Positions 16,779 through 25,435 are shown, counted from the stretch's first letter. The stretch: 56,035 nucleotides of DNA from a virus (IMGVR_UViG_3300045988_113806:1-56035), one strand, 5' to 3'. Made by a program: numbers and translations. Notes: generated by a model from the letters alone, not told the origin.

Positions 16779-17186
16779 TCATTTTGCTGCTGAAGCCTCC
16801 CTGGTCTCCCGGTTCCGCAGCATCTTCAAGCACTCGATGGCCTTGTCCAGGTCCTGGAGGCCATTCTTTTTGGGATAACGGTAGATGTACTTCGCCGCGC
16901 AGCCGATGAGATAAGCCTTGATACCGTCCTGGCCCCGGCAAAGTTCGTCTGCAATATCCACGCACTCCATGCCGCCACGCCAAGTGTAGTGGTTAGGCCG
17001 GTGGATCATATCGCTTTTTGGGTCGAATGGGGGTCTATCGGAGGTACATTCAAGATGTCCTTCCGGGATCACATACCAGTCGTTCGATAGCATATCCGCT
17101 TGACTTGCCAGCCAACCCACTTGTGTTCCGGATTTTCCGACAAAACAATGGCAGCGTTCTCGCTGGTCTCGTAAAAAGGTGTGCAC
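16779..17186 (-). CDS. DUF3310-like phage protein; the true start is probably the internal Met near 17093
   Basis: PNHYTWRGGMECVDIADELCRGQDGIKAYLIGCAAKYIYRYPKKNGLQDLDKAIECLKML is the DUF3310 pattern. Confidence 0.5.
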   Translation of the reverse strand: MHTFLRDQRERCHCFVGKSGTQVGWLASQADMLSNDWYVIPEGHLECTSDRPPFDPKSDMIHRPNHYTWRGGMECVDIADELCRGQDGIKAYLIGCAAKYIYRYPKKNGLQDLDKAIECLKMLRNRETREASAAK

Positions 17187-17359
17187 TTGCAGTCGTTGTT
17201 TTGATAGCTTATGTCAGTGGCCAGCTCGATGTACTGGTTCTTTCCGTTCCAGCGCGTCCTGGCACAACTGCCGCCAATTTTCACAATCTCCAGTGCCTGG
17301 CCAAACGTCATTTTAGTGTTTCTCATTTTAATGCTCCTTTTCTTCCTCAAGCTGCTCAT
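17069..17359 (-). CDS. hypothetical protein (96 aa)
   Basis: ORF track. Confidence 0.4.
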   Translation of the reverse strand: MSSLRKKRSIKMRNTKMTFGQALEIVKIGGSCARTRWNGKNQYIELATDISYQNNDCKCTPFYETSENAAIVLSENPEHKWVGWQVKRICYRTTGM

Positions 17360-17552
17360 TAAACCAGCTTTCTTCCTGTTCTATCTGTTCTTTCAGCTTC
17401 TCCAGTCTGGAAACCGCCTGGAGTATCGCTCCGTGCGTCCGTCTTGACTCAACGTCATACGTCAGCTTTGCAGACAGATAAGAAAACTCCGTGTCTGCTG
17501 ATCCAAGTAGGTTCGATATGTTTTGAAAATGTGCTTTCACTTCACGGTTCAT
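17328..17552 (-). CDS. hypothetical protein (74 aa)
   Basis: ORF track. Confidence 0.4.
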   Translation of the reverse strand: MNREVKAHFQNISNLLGSADTEFSYLSAKLTYDVESRRTHGAILQAVSRLEKLKEQIEQEESWFNEQLEEEKEH

Positions 17553-17808
17553 TCATGCTGCTCCCTTCGCTTTCTATCTGCACCTTTGCGGATTCTTGAA
17601 TCCTGCTTTCCATATAATCCGTCATCCTTTTTAGCCGCTTTTCCCCGAAGCCAAACTCCTTCCGGAGTGCGTCCTTGCAGTCCGCCACCCCGATGTTGTA
17701 AACGTTCCAGGAGTAAGCCAGCAGCCACTTTCTCAGCTCCGGCAGTCCCATATTCTTGATGGCCTTCAGCTGCTGCCTGCTGACGCCCGGAATACTGACG
17801 TCCGTCAT
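17542..17808 (-). CDS. hypothetical protein (88 aa)
   Basis: ORF track. Confidence 0.4.
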   Translation of the reverse strand: MTDVSIPGVSRQQLKAIKNMGLPELRKWLLAYSWNVYNIGVADCKDALRKEFGFGEKRLKRMTDYMESRIQESAKVQIESEGSSMNEP

Positions 17809-18041
17809 TCTTCACCACTTCCCTCCGGATCATTCAGGGTAATAAGCACGCACTCGGTTTTCAGGATATTGTCATGCCCGATTTTATACACGTTTCTTTC
17901 CATAAAACGCACCATATCCGGTTTCGGTACTGTGGTTTTGGCCCAGCATCCAATAAGCCGTACATGCGTGCCTTCAGCCTTCTCCGCCAACAGTAGCTTA
18001 GCATCTTCGTATATCATCGGCCATAGCTCTTTCAACGTCAT
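17805..18041 (-). CDS. hypothetical protein (78 aa)
   Basis: RBS AAGGAGG before ATG. Confidence 0.45.
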   Translation of the reverse strand: MTLKELWPMIYEDAKLLLAEKAEGTHVRLIGCWAKTTVPKPDMVRFMERNVYKIGHDNILKTECVLITLNDPEGSGEE

Positions 18042-18054
18042 GTTTCCCGCCTCC

Positions 18055-18162
18055 TTACAGCAGCAGATACAGACATATCACTCCCATACTGACAGCCCAT
18101 AATCCCAGCATGACGGCCAGCAGGAATAGGAACCAGTACGCCCACTTCCAGTAGTTTCTCAC
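18055..18162 (-). CDS. possible 35-aa hydrophobic membrane peptide (MRNYWKWAYWFLFLLAVMLGLWAVSMGVICLYLLL); GTG start overlaps the stop of the resolvase gene
   Basis: manual translation of the gap 18042-18158. Confidence 0.3.
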   Translation of the reverse strand: MRNYWKWAYWFLFLLAVMLGLWAVSMGVICLYLLL

Positions 18163-18500
18163 GGTTTTCCACCTGCTTCCCATTCCCGGTACAGCCTAAA
18201 CCAGTCGCGTGCATCCATCGTAACCTTCCACCTGGTGTTGTTCCGCCGATGCAAGACGATAGGCACAGCATGGTCAGTTTTTCCCGCGTCCCTGGTGCTC
18301 TGGTCCAGGGCATCATCAATGTTGAGCTTCTCCACGCGCTTGACTTCTACATGGATTCCAGGGAGGCCGACAATGTCGGCCGCCCCTTCCTCGTTGTTTC
18401 CACAGAACTGAGCTGTCCGGTGACAGTCGTAGCCTTCCGACTTGCACAGCCTCACGGCCTCCAGCTCCCCAGCCTTTCCTTTACGCTTTCCGTTGACCAT
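18159..18500 (-). CDS. putative Holliday-junction resolvase (Hjc/PD-(D/E)XK-like)
   Basis: KGKAGELEAVRLCKSEGYDCHRTAQ...GAADIVGLPGIHVEVKRVEK has the G-E...D...E-x-K layout. Confidence 0.55.
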   Translation of the reverse strand: MVNGKRKGKAGELEAVRLCKSEGYDCHRTAQFCGNNEEGAADIVGLPGIHVEVKRVEKLNIDDALDQSTRDAGKTDHAVPIVLHRRNNTRWKVTMDARDWFRLYREWEAGGKP

Positions 18501-18843
18501 ACTTTTTCACCTCGTCAGCTGCTCTGGCCAGCCGTTCCGCCAGGTCCCACGTTTCCCATACCTGGGGCATATCATGCAGGGTACAGTGATCATTCCCCTT
18601 GAGCGCGCATCCGGCACAGTCAGCTGGGTGCTTGTGCTTTAGGCAGTAGCGCTTCAAAAAGCTCAGGTTCTCGCCGAAGCGCTTCATTTTCCATTTCTGG
18701 TTCCTCATGTCGGTAAGCCACTGCTCTACACTCCGCCAGTCGTTTTCGTGCGAAGCATCGTAGAAGACCAGAAGCACGGCTCCTATGAAGATTCCGGAAA
18801 GAAAACAGATGAGGAAAATGGCGTATATCTCTGGCACGTTCAT
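18481..18843 (-). CDS. membrane-anchored Cys-rich protein (120 aa)
   Basis: N-terminal TM IYAIFLICFLSGIFIGAVLLVFY; CAGCALKGNDHC. Confidence 0.45.
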   Translation of the reverse strand: MNVPEIYAIFLICFLSGIFIGAVLLVFYDASHENDWRSVEQWLTDMRNQKWKMKRFGENLSFLKRYCLKHKHPADCAGCALKGNDHCTLHDMPQVWETWDLAERLARAADEVKKYGQRKA

Positions 18844-19319
18844 TTTGTGGCCTCGTCATTCACCCCGGTGCTGCCGAAGCCGCCCGCGCCCCGTTCGGTT
18901 TCGCTCAGTTCGTCCGCCTGGATTACTTCATATTCAGGGTCTTTTACGATAATCGCCTGGGCAATTCTATCCCCGTCTTCGATGGTGTCAAAGTCCACGC
19001 CCCGTTCTTTGGTTTCCAGCCGGTCCAACAGAATATTGACTTCTCCGCGGTAGTCGCTGTCGATAATCCCCGCGCCATTGGAAATCCGGAGGCCGGTCTT
19101 TAAGGCCGTCCCGCTGCGCATATAGATTTCCATGCGGTATCCCTGGGGCAGCTCAACAGCAAACCCCAGAGGAACCTTGATCCCGCGTGCTCCAGCTTTC
19201 AAAATGAGCTTTCTGCGGTAGTTGTCGATACGTGCGTAGCAGTCATAGGCTGCTGCGCCTTTCGTCTTTTTCACCGGCATTTGGCCGTTTCCGATAATCT
19301 TCACTTTAATCTGATCCAT
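18840..19319 (-). CDS. dut: dUTP diphosphatase
   Basis: all five dUTPase motifs: AAYD, RSG, GIIDSDYRGE, GDRIAQ, RGAGGFGSTG. Confidence 0.9.
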   Translation of the reverse strand: MDQIKVKIIGNGQMPVKKTKGAAAYDCYARIDNYRRKLILKAGARGIKVPLGFAVELPQGYRMEIYMRSGTALKTGLRISNGAGIIDSDYRGEVNILLDRLETKERGVDFDTIEDGDRIAQAIIVKDPEYEVIQADELSETERGAGGFGSTGVNDEATK

Positions 19320-19765
19320 TATTCTTTTCTCCCTTCTGCGTTCTTTTCCAAAATCCCCTTATCTTCTAACACCATAATCAGCATTGACGCATAGGCCTCA
19401 TTCGTTTTCAAGCCTTCATGCAGGGTGTCGTACCAATCAAGATTGTTAAAGACATCCGCTAGGCGGTATTCCGTTCCGTCTTGACGTATCCAAGTCCACA
19501 TTCCGCTTACCTTGCTGTACAAGACAATCCCCACGTAGCCGTTCTGGTCCTTGCAAATATCTCCGTCATACAAGTATTCGCCAGGAGTATCGAACCCGCT
19601 GTACTTTCCCACACTGTCCGGATCAACGGCATGGATTCCGGAACTCTCATCATCATCGGGATCGTTTACAAAGATGTATTTTTCTCCGTGGTATCCACAG
19701 AGAAGATTGCCATATACCCATCCCCCACACCATTTGCACCAGCCTCGATATGTTCCTTGCTTCAC
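19319..19765 (-). CDS. YopX-like phage protein
   Basis: 148 aa; GWCKWCGGWVYGNLL... pattern; weak. Confidence 0.4.
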   Translation of the reverse strand: MKQGTYRGWCKWCGGWVYGNLLCGYHGEKYIFVNDPDDDESSGIHAVDPDSVGKYSGFDTPGEYLYDGDICKDQNGYVGIVLYSKVSGMWTWIRQDGTEYRLADVFNNLDWYDTLHEGLKTNEAYASMLIMVLEDKGILEKNAEGRKE

Positions 19766-19786
19766 AACGCTTCCTCCTTCTCTGCC

Positions 19787-20200
19787 TTAAAACGGAATTT
19801 CCTCGTTGAAAGTCTGTGTCACGTCCTGCCCCATGCTTTCAAATCCCTGTTTGGGCGCCGTATTCGCTGCCTGAGCGGTTTTTTCGCGCCGCTCGATAAA
19901 TTCCACCCGGTCAGCGACAACTTCCGTAGCATAGTGTTTCTGGCCGTCCTTGCCATCATAACTTCTGATCTGTAAGCGTCCGTCAACCAGGAGCCGCTGC
20001 CCTTTGCTCACGTAATTGCCAATGAGTTCCGCGGTTTTATTCCAAGTCTGGATGTTAATGAAGTCGGCTTCCCGCTTTCCATCCTTGCCGCTAAAAGGCC
20101 GGTCCACCGCCAGGGTAAAGGTGCATACCGTTTTCCCGCTGGTGGTCACTTTCACGTCCGGATCCTTCACTAAACGTCCCAATAAAATGATTCTATTCAT
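19787..20200 (-). CDS. ssb: single-stranded DNA-binding protein
   Basis: OB-fold N-terminus MNRIILLGRLVKDPDV...; acidic C-terminal tail ending EEIPF. Confidence 0.85.
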   Translation of the reverse strand: MNRIILLGRLVKDPDVKVTTSGKTVCTFTLAVDRPFSGKDGKREADFINIQTWNKTAELIGNYVSKGQRLLVDGRLQIRSYDGKDGQKHYATEVVADRVEFIERREKTAQAANTAPKQGFESMGQDVTQTFNEEIPF

Positions 20201-20215
20201 TCTTCATTCTCCTTT

Positions 20216-20698
20216 TTATAGGCTGTCTGGCGTACCCACATGCAAGACAATGCATTTTTTCCAGGGAATTTCGTTAATCCATTCTTTGAAAACCCTTTCG
20301 GCCTCCTTGTCGTCCATATCCCACATCTGTTCAAAGTCGTCGTGACGATCGCCCAGATATTCACTGTTATAGTCCGCAAAATCGAATACGTCCCCTAATG
20401 CCTCATCTTTGGTCCAAGTCTTGCCGTCCTCATTCGGGTTTCCCCAAAGTTCTTCGATTGATACGTCAAAAACATCTCCCCACCAGGTATTAAAATCATC
20501 GTTACCTACCACTTCGCTGTCAACCAATGCCATGATTGGCAGCTTCGGATGCTGTGCTGCCGAGCCAGCAGTTTTTCCGTCGCCTTGTTTCTCATCACAA
20601 CCATCCTTTCGTTTCGAGAATTCGTATTTTTTCAACCTGCCTCCAGCAGCTCTTTCATATACGGTAATTCTTTGAGGACTTCTACAAACTCTCTCCAT
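20216..20698 (-). CDS. strongly acidic Trp-rich protein; candidate DNA-mimic/anti-restriction protein; start probably internal (TTG ~20635 or ATG 20533)
   Basis: C-terminal 105 aa carry about 29 Asp/Glu against about 8 basic residues; the track ORF 5' end overlaps the upstream gene. Confidence 0.45.
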   Translation of the reverse strand: MERVCRSPQRITVYERAAGGRLKKYEFSKRKDGCDEKQGDGKTAGSAAQHPKLPIMALVDSEVVGNDDFNTWWGDVFDVSIEELWGNPNEDGKTWTKDEALGDVFDFADYNSEYLGDRHDDFEQMWDMDDKEAERVFKEWINEIPWKKCIVLHVGTPDSL

Positions 20699-21249
20699 TC
20701 ATCCAGCTTATGCCCGGACCGCTGGTGAATCATGCTGTAAGCATTTTCGTAGGTCATTGTGATGGTTCTCATCTGATTGTAAGACTCCGGCAGGAGTTGG
20801 ATGAGCTGCCACCAGGCATCTTCGTTTCCCGTTTCCACGTACTGTTCACGGTACTTGTTTAACAGCCTGATGATGTCTCTCAGGACATCCTGAGTTAGCT
20901 GTCTCATGTGCTCGCTACTGAAATCTTCAAAGTGAAAATCTCGCTTATGGATGGTATGCATGGTAGAGCAGGAGTCCGCTACCGTGCCGACCTTGTAGGT
21001 GTCGTATTCTTTCCACCAGTACAATGGTGCCACAATGTCCATGCTGATAAACAGCTGTCGCATGAATTTTCTGTGCTCCGGCCCGGCCTGACACAACCTG
21101 CACATTAAGGCAATGTCATTTTCGCCTACCACGAATTCGCCGTTCTCGTCTCGATAGCTGTCCGACTTGCCCCAGGAAGCAAGCGGGTTTCTCATTCCCC
21201 GGATAGAATGTTCCCATCCCCAGACGTTAATGTTTTCGACTTTAATCAT
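20632..21249 (-). CDS. ThyX-like (flavin-dependent thymidylate synthase fold) protein lacking the canonical RHRxxS motif; tentative
   Basis: by-eye similarity to ThyX at the N-terminus and around ...APLYWWKEYDTYK... / ...RSGHKLDEWREF... Confidence 0.3.
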   Translation of the reverse strand: MIKVENINVWGWEHSIRGMRNPLASWGKSDSYRDENGEFVVGENDIALMCRLCQAGPEHRKFMRQLFISMDIVAPLYWWKEYDTYKVGTVADSCSTMHTIHKRDFHFEDFSSEHMRQLTQDVLRDIIRLLNKYREQYVETGNEDAWWQLIQLLPESYNQMRTITMTYENAYSMIHQRSGHKLDEWREFVEVLKELPYMKELLEAG

Positions 21250-21494
21250 TCTTGGCTTCTCCTTTTGTAAATTGCCACTGTTGGATTAGGGTCCTCAATG
21301 GTAATCGCGGCAACAGCTACGTTATTATCCTCGTCCATGTAGCTGTCGATGCTGACCACTCTCTGTTCTTTGATGCTTCTGGCCAGTTTCAGCGAAATAT
21401 CATCGGTTCTTCCGCTAAACACCACTTTCCCTTCGTCCGTGTCAATATTGATGTAGTCGGCACAGACCAGTGGGAACAGTTTTTTAAATCTCAT
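21246..21494 (-). CDS. small protein (82 aa), paralog A (MRFKKLFPL...)
   Basis: shares its N-terminus with 24104..24310. Confidence 0.5.
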   Translation of the reverse strand: MRFKKLFPLVCADYINIDTDEGKVVFSGRTDDISLKLARSIKEQRVVSIDSYMDEDNNVAVAAITIEDPNPTVAIYKRRSQE

Positions 21495-21784
21495 TCTTTA
21501 ACCTCCTTCAACTCTCCATCCCGCACTAGTTCTCGAATTTTTTTAAGCCGTTCAGTTAAATCGTCAGCATCCCATAAGAACGGTGCTTGGTCCCACGGTT
21601 TGCACAAGAAGTATTCCTCGTCGGGGCCGCACATAGGACAGTTTCCCTTGACCAGGCACTCATCGTTGTGATGTTGGCAATAAGTGACCAAAGCCTGTAT
21701 CGCTTCTTTCAAGTCATCTTTCACTTTCGTCCTCCTTTTCAAAGTAAAACTTAATTTTCTTTTCATGGACTTCCACCAGCCCAT
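21491..21784 (-). CDS. Cys-rich small protein (97 aa)
   Basis: CPMCGPDEEYFLC. Confidence 0.4.
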   Translation of the reverse strand: MGWWKSMKRKLSFTLKRRTKVKDDLKEAIQALVTYCQHHNDECLVKGNCPMCGPDEEYFLCKPWDQAPFLWDADDLTERLKKIRELVRDGELKEVKE

Positions 21785-22139
21785 ACTTCTCAGCCAATCT
21801 AAACTGAAATGGCCTTATGGTGTTCGGCAGCAGGGTATGCTGAAGATTATTTCTAAATTCCTCCAGGGTCCCACCGCCCTTGTAAAAATTGCACATCCGG
21901 CAAGCTGGCATCAGGTTGTCCAGCCTGTTTAATTCATCCTCGCTCTTGGACTTCTCCCGGTGTCCCCACCAGTTGTAAGGGTCATTGAGATAGTAAGAGT
22001 CGACATGATCCACCTGCATATCTTTGTATGCCAACTCGCAGCCGCAGTAGGCACAATGGCCATGGCATTTCTCGTAGACCATCTGCCGGGTCTTTTTACT
22101 GAGCGCCTTGCGTTTCACATCTTTCCCTTCCTCTCCCAT
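21714..22139 (-). CDS. HNH endonuclease
   Basis: CHGHCAYCGCEL...VDHV...NLMPACRMCN. Confidence 0.85.
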   Translation of the reverse strand: MGEEGKDVKRKALSKKTRQMVYEKCHGHCAYCGCELAYKDMQVDHVDSYYLNDPYNWWGHREKSKSEDELNRLDNLMPACRMCNFYKGGGTLEEFRNNLQHTLLPNTIRPFQFRLAEKYGLVEVHEKKIKFYFEKEDESER

Positions 22140-22367
22140 TTAAAACAAAGCCATTGTTTCGATTTTCACATCGGCTTTCTTACCTTTTTTCTTCCCTCGC
22201 TCCGGGTCATACTTTATTTCGTCAAACGCATCAATCGGAACAAATTGGAAATGCGGGCACATATTTGTCCGCTTTGCAGCTTTCTCACTCATCGGCTTTT
22301 CGTAATGGTTATAAAAGACGACTTCTCCGTCAAAGCACAACGCACACCATCTACATGAATGGGCCAT
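22140..22367 (-). CDS. zinc-ribbon small protein (75 aa)
   Basis: CRWCALCF...MCPHF. Confidence 0.45.
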   Translation of the reverse strand: MAHSCRWCALCFDGEVVFYNHYEKPMSEKAAKRTNMCPHFQFVPIDAFDEIKYDPERGKKKGKKADVKIETMALF

Positions 22368-22436
22368 GTTTATTCCTCTTTTCTCTGAGCTATTTCCAAA
22401 ATGGAATCAGAACATGTTTCATCCTGGAACAACTTC

Positions 22437-22865
22437 CTACGCAATCCCCCAGCGTTCTTTGGCCTTGCGCTGGTCCTCGTCCTTTCGTGCCTCCGCTTCC
22501 TTGTACGGGTCCGGCCATTCCCGGCCATCGTTCATACGCCAAAGGTGGAGGCAGTTCTTGGCAAGGTTGACGTATTCTGACTTCTTCGGATGGAACTCGA
22601 TTGCTTCTTCCTCCGGCAGGAAAAACATATCTTTGATTTCGCACATCTCGTCCCAGGTGGCAATCTTGTTCGGCTTGTCCAGCGGAGTCACGGAAACATG
22701 ATCCCAGCCGCCACCGTCCGTAGCGATAACTTGAAACCGCCGTCCGCTCTTGAAAGTCCGTACCCGGAACACTCCGTTTCCCTTTGGATCACCGCCGAAA
22801 AATGAGATGCTGATTAGAACCGCGTTCGGCAGCCGGTATTTATCTAGCTCATGCAGGTCTCTCAT
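22437..22865 (-). CDS. hypothetical protein (142 aa)
   Basis: ORF track. Confidence 0.45.
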   Translation of the reverse strand: MRDLHELDKYRLPNAVLISISFFGGDPKGNGVFRVRTFKSGRRFQVIATDGGGWDHVSVTPLDKPNKIATWDEMCEIKDMFFLPEEEAIEFHPKKSEYVNLAKNCLHLWRMNDGREWPDPYKEAEARKDEDQRKAKERWGIA

Positions 22866-23133
22866 TGTCCTTGTCTCCTTTCGTCAACGCCTGGATAACC
22901 ATTCTCTGCACATCGCATTTCGTGCACAGCTGGCTAATGATTGCCTGGTATTGGTCGATTTCCTGGCGCAGGTGATAATTCTCTAGCTCCAGCAGTTCAA
23001 CGGTTTCCTCCAGGGTCGGTTCTTCAATCGACATCTTCGTCCGCCTCCTGATAGATTTTCCGGTCCTCCAGTAGCTTTTTGTAGGCTTCTCCAGCCTTCT
23101 CCCTGGCTTCTCTGATCCGCTCCACCGGCACAC
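22849..23133 (-). CDS. hypothetical protein; start likely the internal Met (MSIEEPTLEE..., ~23034)
   Basis: ORF track; the N-terminal 33 aa look like out-of-frame overlap. Confidence 0.35.
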   Translation of the reverse strand: MCRWSGSEKPGRRLEKPTKSYWRTGKSIRRRTKMSIEEPTLEETVELLELENYHLRQEIDQYQAIISQLCTKCDVQRMVIQALTKGDKDNERPA

Positions 23134-23266
23134 TTCCGGGATCGGTGACTTCTGCGATCAGCACTTCCAGCAGTTCATTCTCTGTATCATCGTAGCTGTC
23201 GAACACCGCGGTGCCGAACGTGTAAACGTAGCTTGCACCGGGTTCAAACGATGGGTCTTTCAGCAT
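23024..23266 (-). CDS. acidic hypothetical protein (80 aa)
   Basis: ORF track. Confidence 0.4.
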   Translation of the reverse strand: MLKDPSFEPGASYVYTFGTAVFDSYDDTENELLEVLIAEVTDPGSVPVERIREAREKAGEAYKKLLEDRKIYQEADEDVD

Positions 23267-23466
23267 TGCTTTTCATCCTCCTCCAGGTACTTGTGCTTGC
23301 AGCTCTCAGAGCAGAAGTACAGCTTGTGGCCGTGCTTCTTGATGAAATTGATATACCGACCTTGCGGCGGCAGTCTAAAGATTTTCCCACACCGGCTGCA
23401 TACTCGCTGCCGGCGGTAAAAATCTTTCAAGCCTTCATTCATTCCCATTCGTGTCCTCCTCATCAA
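23260..23466 (-). CDS. zinc-finger small protein
   Basis: CSRCGK...CSESCKHK. Confidence 0.45.
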   Translation of the reverse strand: MMRRTRMGMNEGLKDFYRRQRVCSRCGKIFRLPPQGRYINFIKKHGHKLYFCSESCKHKYLEEDEKQC

Positions 23467-23633
23467 GCAGAGGTAACTCGAATGGCCGCTTTTCTGATGG
23501 TCCTGCCGTCTCTACGGAAAAGCAGACGCATGTAACTTTTCAGCGGCTCATGCCAGCCCTTGCACCGCTGAATGTCATTCATCAGCATCATTGCTCCCCA
23601 GATGAGTTTCTTACGCTTTTTTGTGTTAGTCAT
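23461..23633 (-). CDS. small basic protein (57 aa, MTNTKKRKKLIWGAMMLMNDIQRCKGWHEPLKSYMRLLFRRDGRTIRKAAIRVTSA)
   Basis: manual translation of the gap; RBS GGAGG 8 nt before the ATG. Confidence 0.4.
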
Positions 23634-24117
23634 GAGTTTCGCCTCCTGTATTTGTTTCTTTCGGACTATCGCTATCCGGGTAGTTCATGACTTCTTCGAT
23701 AGCCGCCAGCACAAATCTGCATGCCGGTTCGTCAAGATGATGGTCTCCTGACCAATGGTGCCAGTCTTGCAAGCTCCTGTCTATGCCTAAGTTGATGAGG
23801 CTTTCAAGGATTTCGAAGCTTTTGAAATCGTCCAGGTTAAACTCGCCTTGATCCCATATCTGGTCCTTGATGTACTCATTGATAAGGTCCTCTGCATCAA
23901 CCTTGAAGTTCTCTTCCCGGATTAAATTGATGTATGCCAGCTTGTCTTGATAGCGGTAGTCCTCACGGGTTCCGTAGGTATAGTCCCGGAATGAGTCACG
24001 GATCTGCTGCCGAAATTCATCGGTCACAACAGATTTTGGAGTAATTCTTACTTCTACATCCCTGGGGAAATACAAAACCTTGCTTTTCATGTCTCTGCCT
24101 CCTTTATTCGTCCTCAA
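23626..24117 (-). CDS. hypothetical protein (~154 aa from MKSKVLYF)
   Basis: ORF track. Confidence 0.45.
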   Translation of the reverse strand: MRTNKGGRDMKSKVLYFPRDVEVRITPKSVVTDEFRQQIRDSFRDYTYGTREDYRYQDKLAYINLIREENFKVDAEDLINEYIKDQIWDQGEFNLDDFKSFEILESLINLGIDRSLQDWHHWSGDHHLDEPACRFVLAAIEEVMNYPDSDSPKETNTGGETHD

Positions 24118-24310
24118 TGGTGATGAGCATCACTACGTCTTCGTCCTTATTGGTACATGCAACAATTTCAAGAATTTCTCGGTTCTTGATTTCTTCGATG
24201 GAATCCCACGTCATAGCCGCCGGATCACCATTGAGCATGGTTTCTCCATCCCGCGTCTGAACTTCAATGTTCGTATCCACAATCAGTGGAAACAGCTTCT
24301 TGAATCTCAT
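24104..24310 (-). CDS. small protein (68 aa), paralog B (MRFKKLFPL...)
   Basis: paralog of 21246..21494. Confidence 0.5.
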   Translation of the reverse strand: MRFKKLFPLIVDTNIEVQTRDGETMLNGDPAAMTWDSIEEIKNREILEIVACTNKDEDVVMLITIEDE

Positions 24311-25164
24311 CGTTTGCCTCCTATTCTCTGGTTCCTCCCGGTCACATACAGTCCGTAGGGATTAATCATCTCGTAGATCCGGCTCCCCAGAGCTGCATCA
24401 ATCGCGGTTATATCTTTAATCGGGAACTCACTGGAAAAAATCGTGGTGAGATGGTTGATGTACCTGGCATTGATAAGGTCAAACATCAGCCGCAGTTCCT
24501 CCCGGTCCACGTCAGCAAGATGCCCGTCCTTCACAGTTCCCGCCAGCTTGAATAAATCGTCAATATACAGGTTCGGGACCGACTTCCACTTGTTCATGGC
24601 CGTATCGTAGTCATCCCGGTAGCTGGTGGCTGCCTTCAAAAGCTCTGGAGCTTCGCTCCGGTATGAAAAGTAATAGTGTGGTTCTCCGTACTGCCTGGTT
24701 AATCCCTGACACACCGCTATGCAGATGTGTGTTTTCCCCAAGCCGCTGCCCCCGAAGATGCCAAAGCCGGGGCCGTTTTTCTTATGGCACCGAAGGTAAT
24801 CTTTTGCCATGTTTAGCATCCTTGAAGCCGTTTGGCTCCGGCTTCCGTCAAAGTTCTCCAGAGTATACCGCTTGTAGTCTTCCGGGCTGATACCGGATTG
24901 CTTCAAACGTCTGTTTACCTGTCTTTGTTCGTAACATTCCGAACAATGAGCCATATACGTGCGTCCATTTTTGTTCACTTCAATCCATCCGGTGTTGTGG
25001 CACCGGGGGCAGATGATCCCATCTTCCGGAGGCAGAGGCAGGACCACCACGTTTTTGTGCTGAGCTGCCTTCTGTCTGATCCGTTCCAGCATGGCGCGGA
25101 AATCATCGTCTCGGACGGTTGCTTCAGCCTTTTCCATGCTTCTCGCCCCCTTCACTATTCTCAA
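24307..25164 (-). CDS. DnaC/IstB-like AAA+ helicase loader with N-terminal zinc finger
   Basis: Walker A GGSGLGKTH; Walker B LYIDDL; CPRCHNTG...CSEC. Confidence 0.8.
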   Translation of the reverse strand: MRIVKGARSMEKAEATVRDDDFRAMLERIRQKAAQHKNVVVLPLPPEDGIICPRCHNTGWIEVNKNGRTYMAHCSECYEQRQVNRRLKQSGISPEDYKRYTLENFDGSRSQTASRMLNMAKDYLRCHKKNGPGFGIFGGSGLGKTHICIAVCQGLTRQYGEPHYYFSYRSEAPELLKAATSYRDDYDTAMNKWKSVPNLYIDDLFKLAGTVKDGHLADVDREELRLMFDLINARYINHLTTIFSSEFPIKDITAIDAALGSRIYEMINPYGLYVTGRNQRIGGKR

Positions 25165-25435
25165 CGACTCTTGCCAGGGTATAGCAGCCTATTTTCCCGT
25201 TTGAAAGTCTCACGTGGATTTCGTGCGGGTACAGTTCATCCTTGACTCCTGGGGCCTTATAAGGAATCCGGCAGCCCAAGTATGAGCAGATTCCCAAAGG
25301 CTTTATATGCAGCTTTTCATGCGCTTCACATTCCTCCGCAGTTTTAAAGATTGAGCCGCAGGTTTCACATTGATACACTGTTTTCAGTTTCCTCATCCTC
25401 CATTCCTCCATATTTCGTTTCTGAGCGTTTTTCAT
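25124..25435 (-). CDS. C2H2-type zinc-finger small protein
   Basis: CETCGSIFKTAEECEAHEKLH. Confidence 0.45.
   Translation of the reverse strand: MKNAQKRNMEEWRMRKLKTVYQCETCGSIFKTAEECEAHEKLHIKPLGICSYLGCRIPYKAPGVKDELYPHEIHVRLSNGKIGCYTLARVVENSEGGEKHGKG

Noticed and set aside
18038-18319. 93-aa track ORF overlapping the resolvase gene
   Set aside because: Out-of-frame overlap with a well-supported gene; nonsense-like product. A shorter hydrophobic ORF in another frame fits the gap better.
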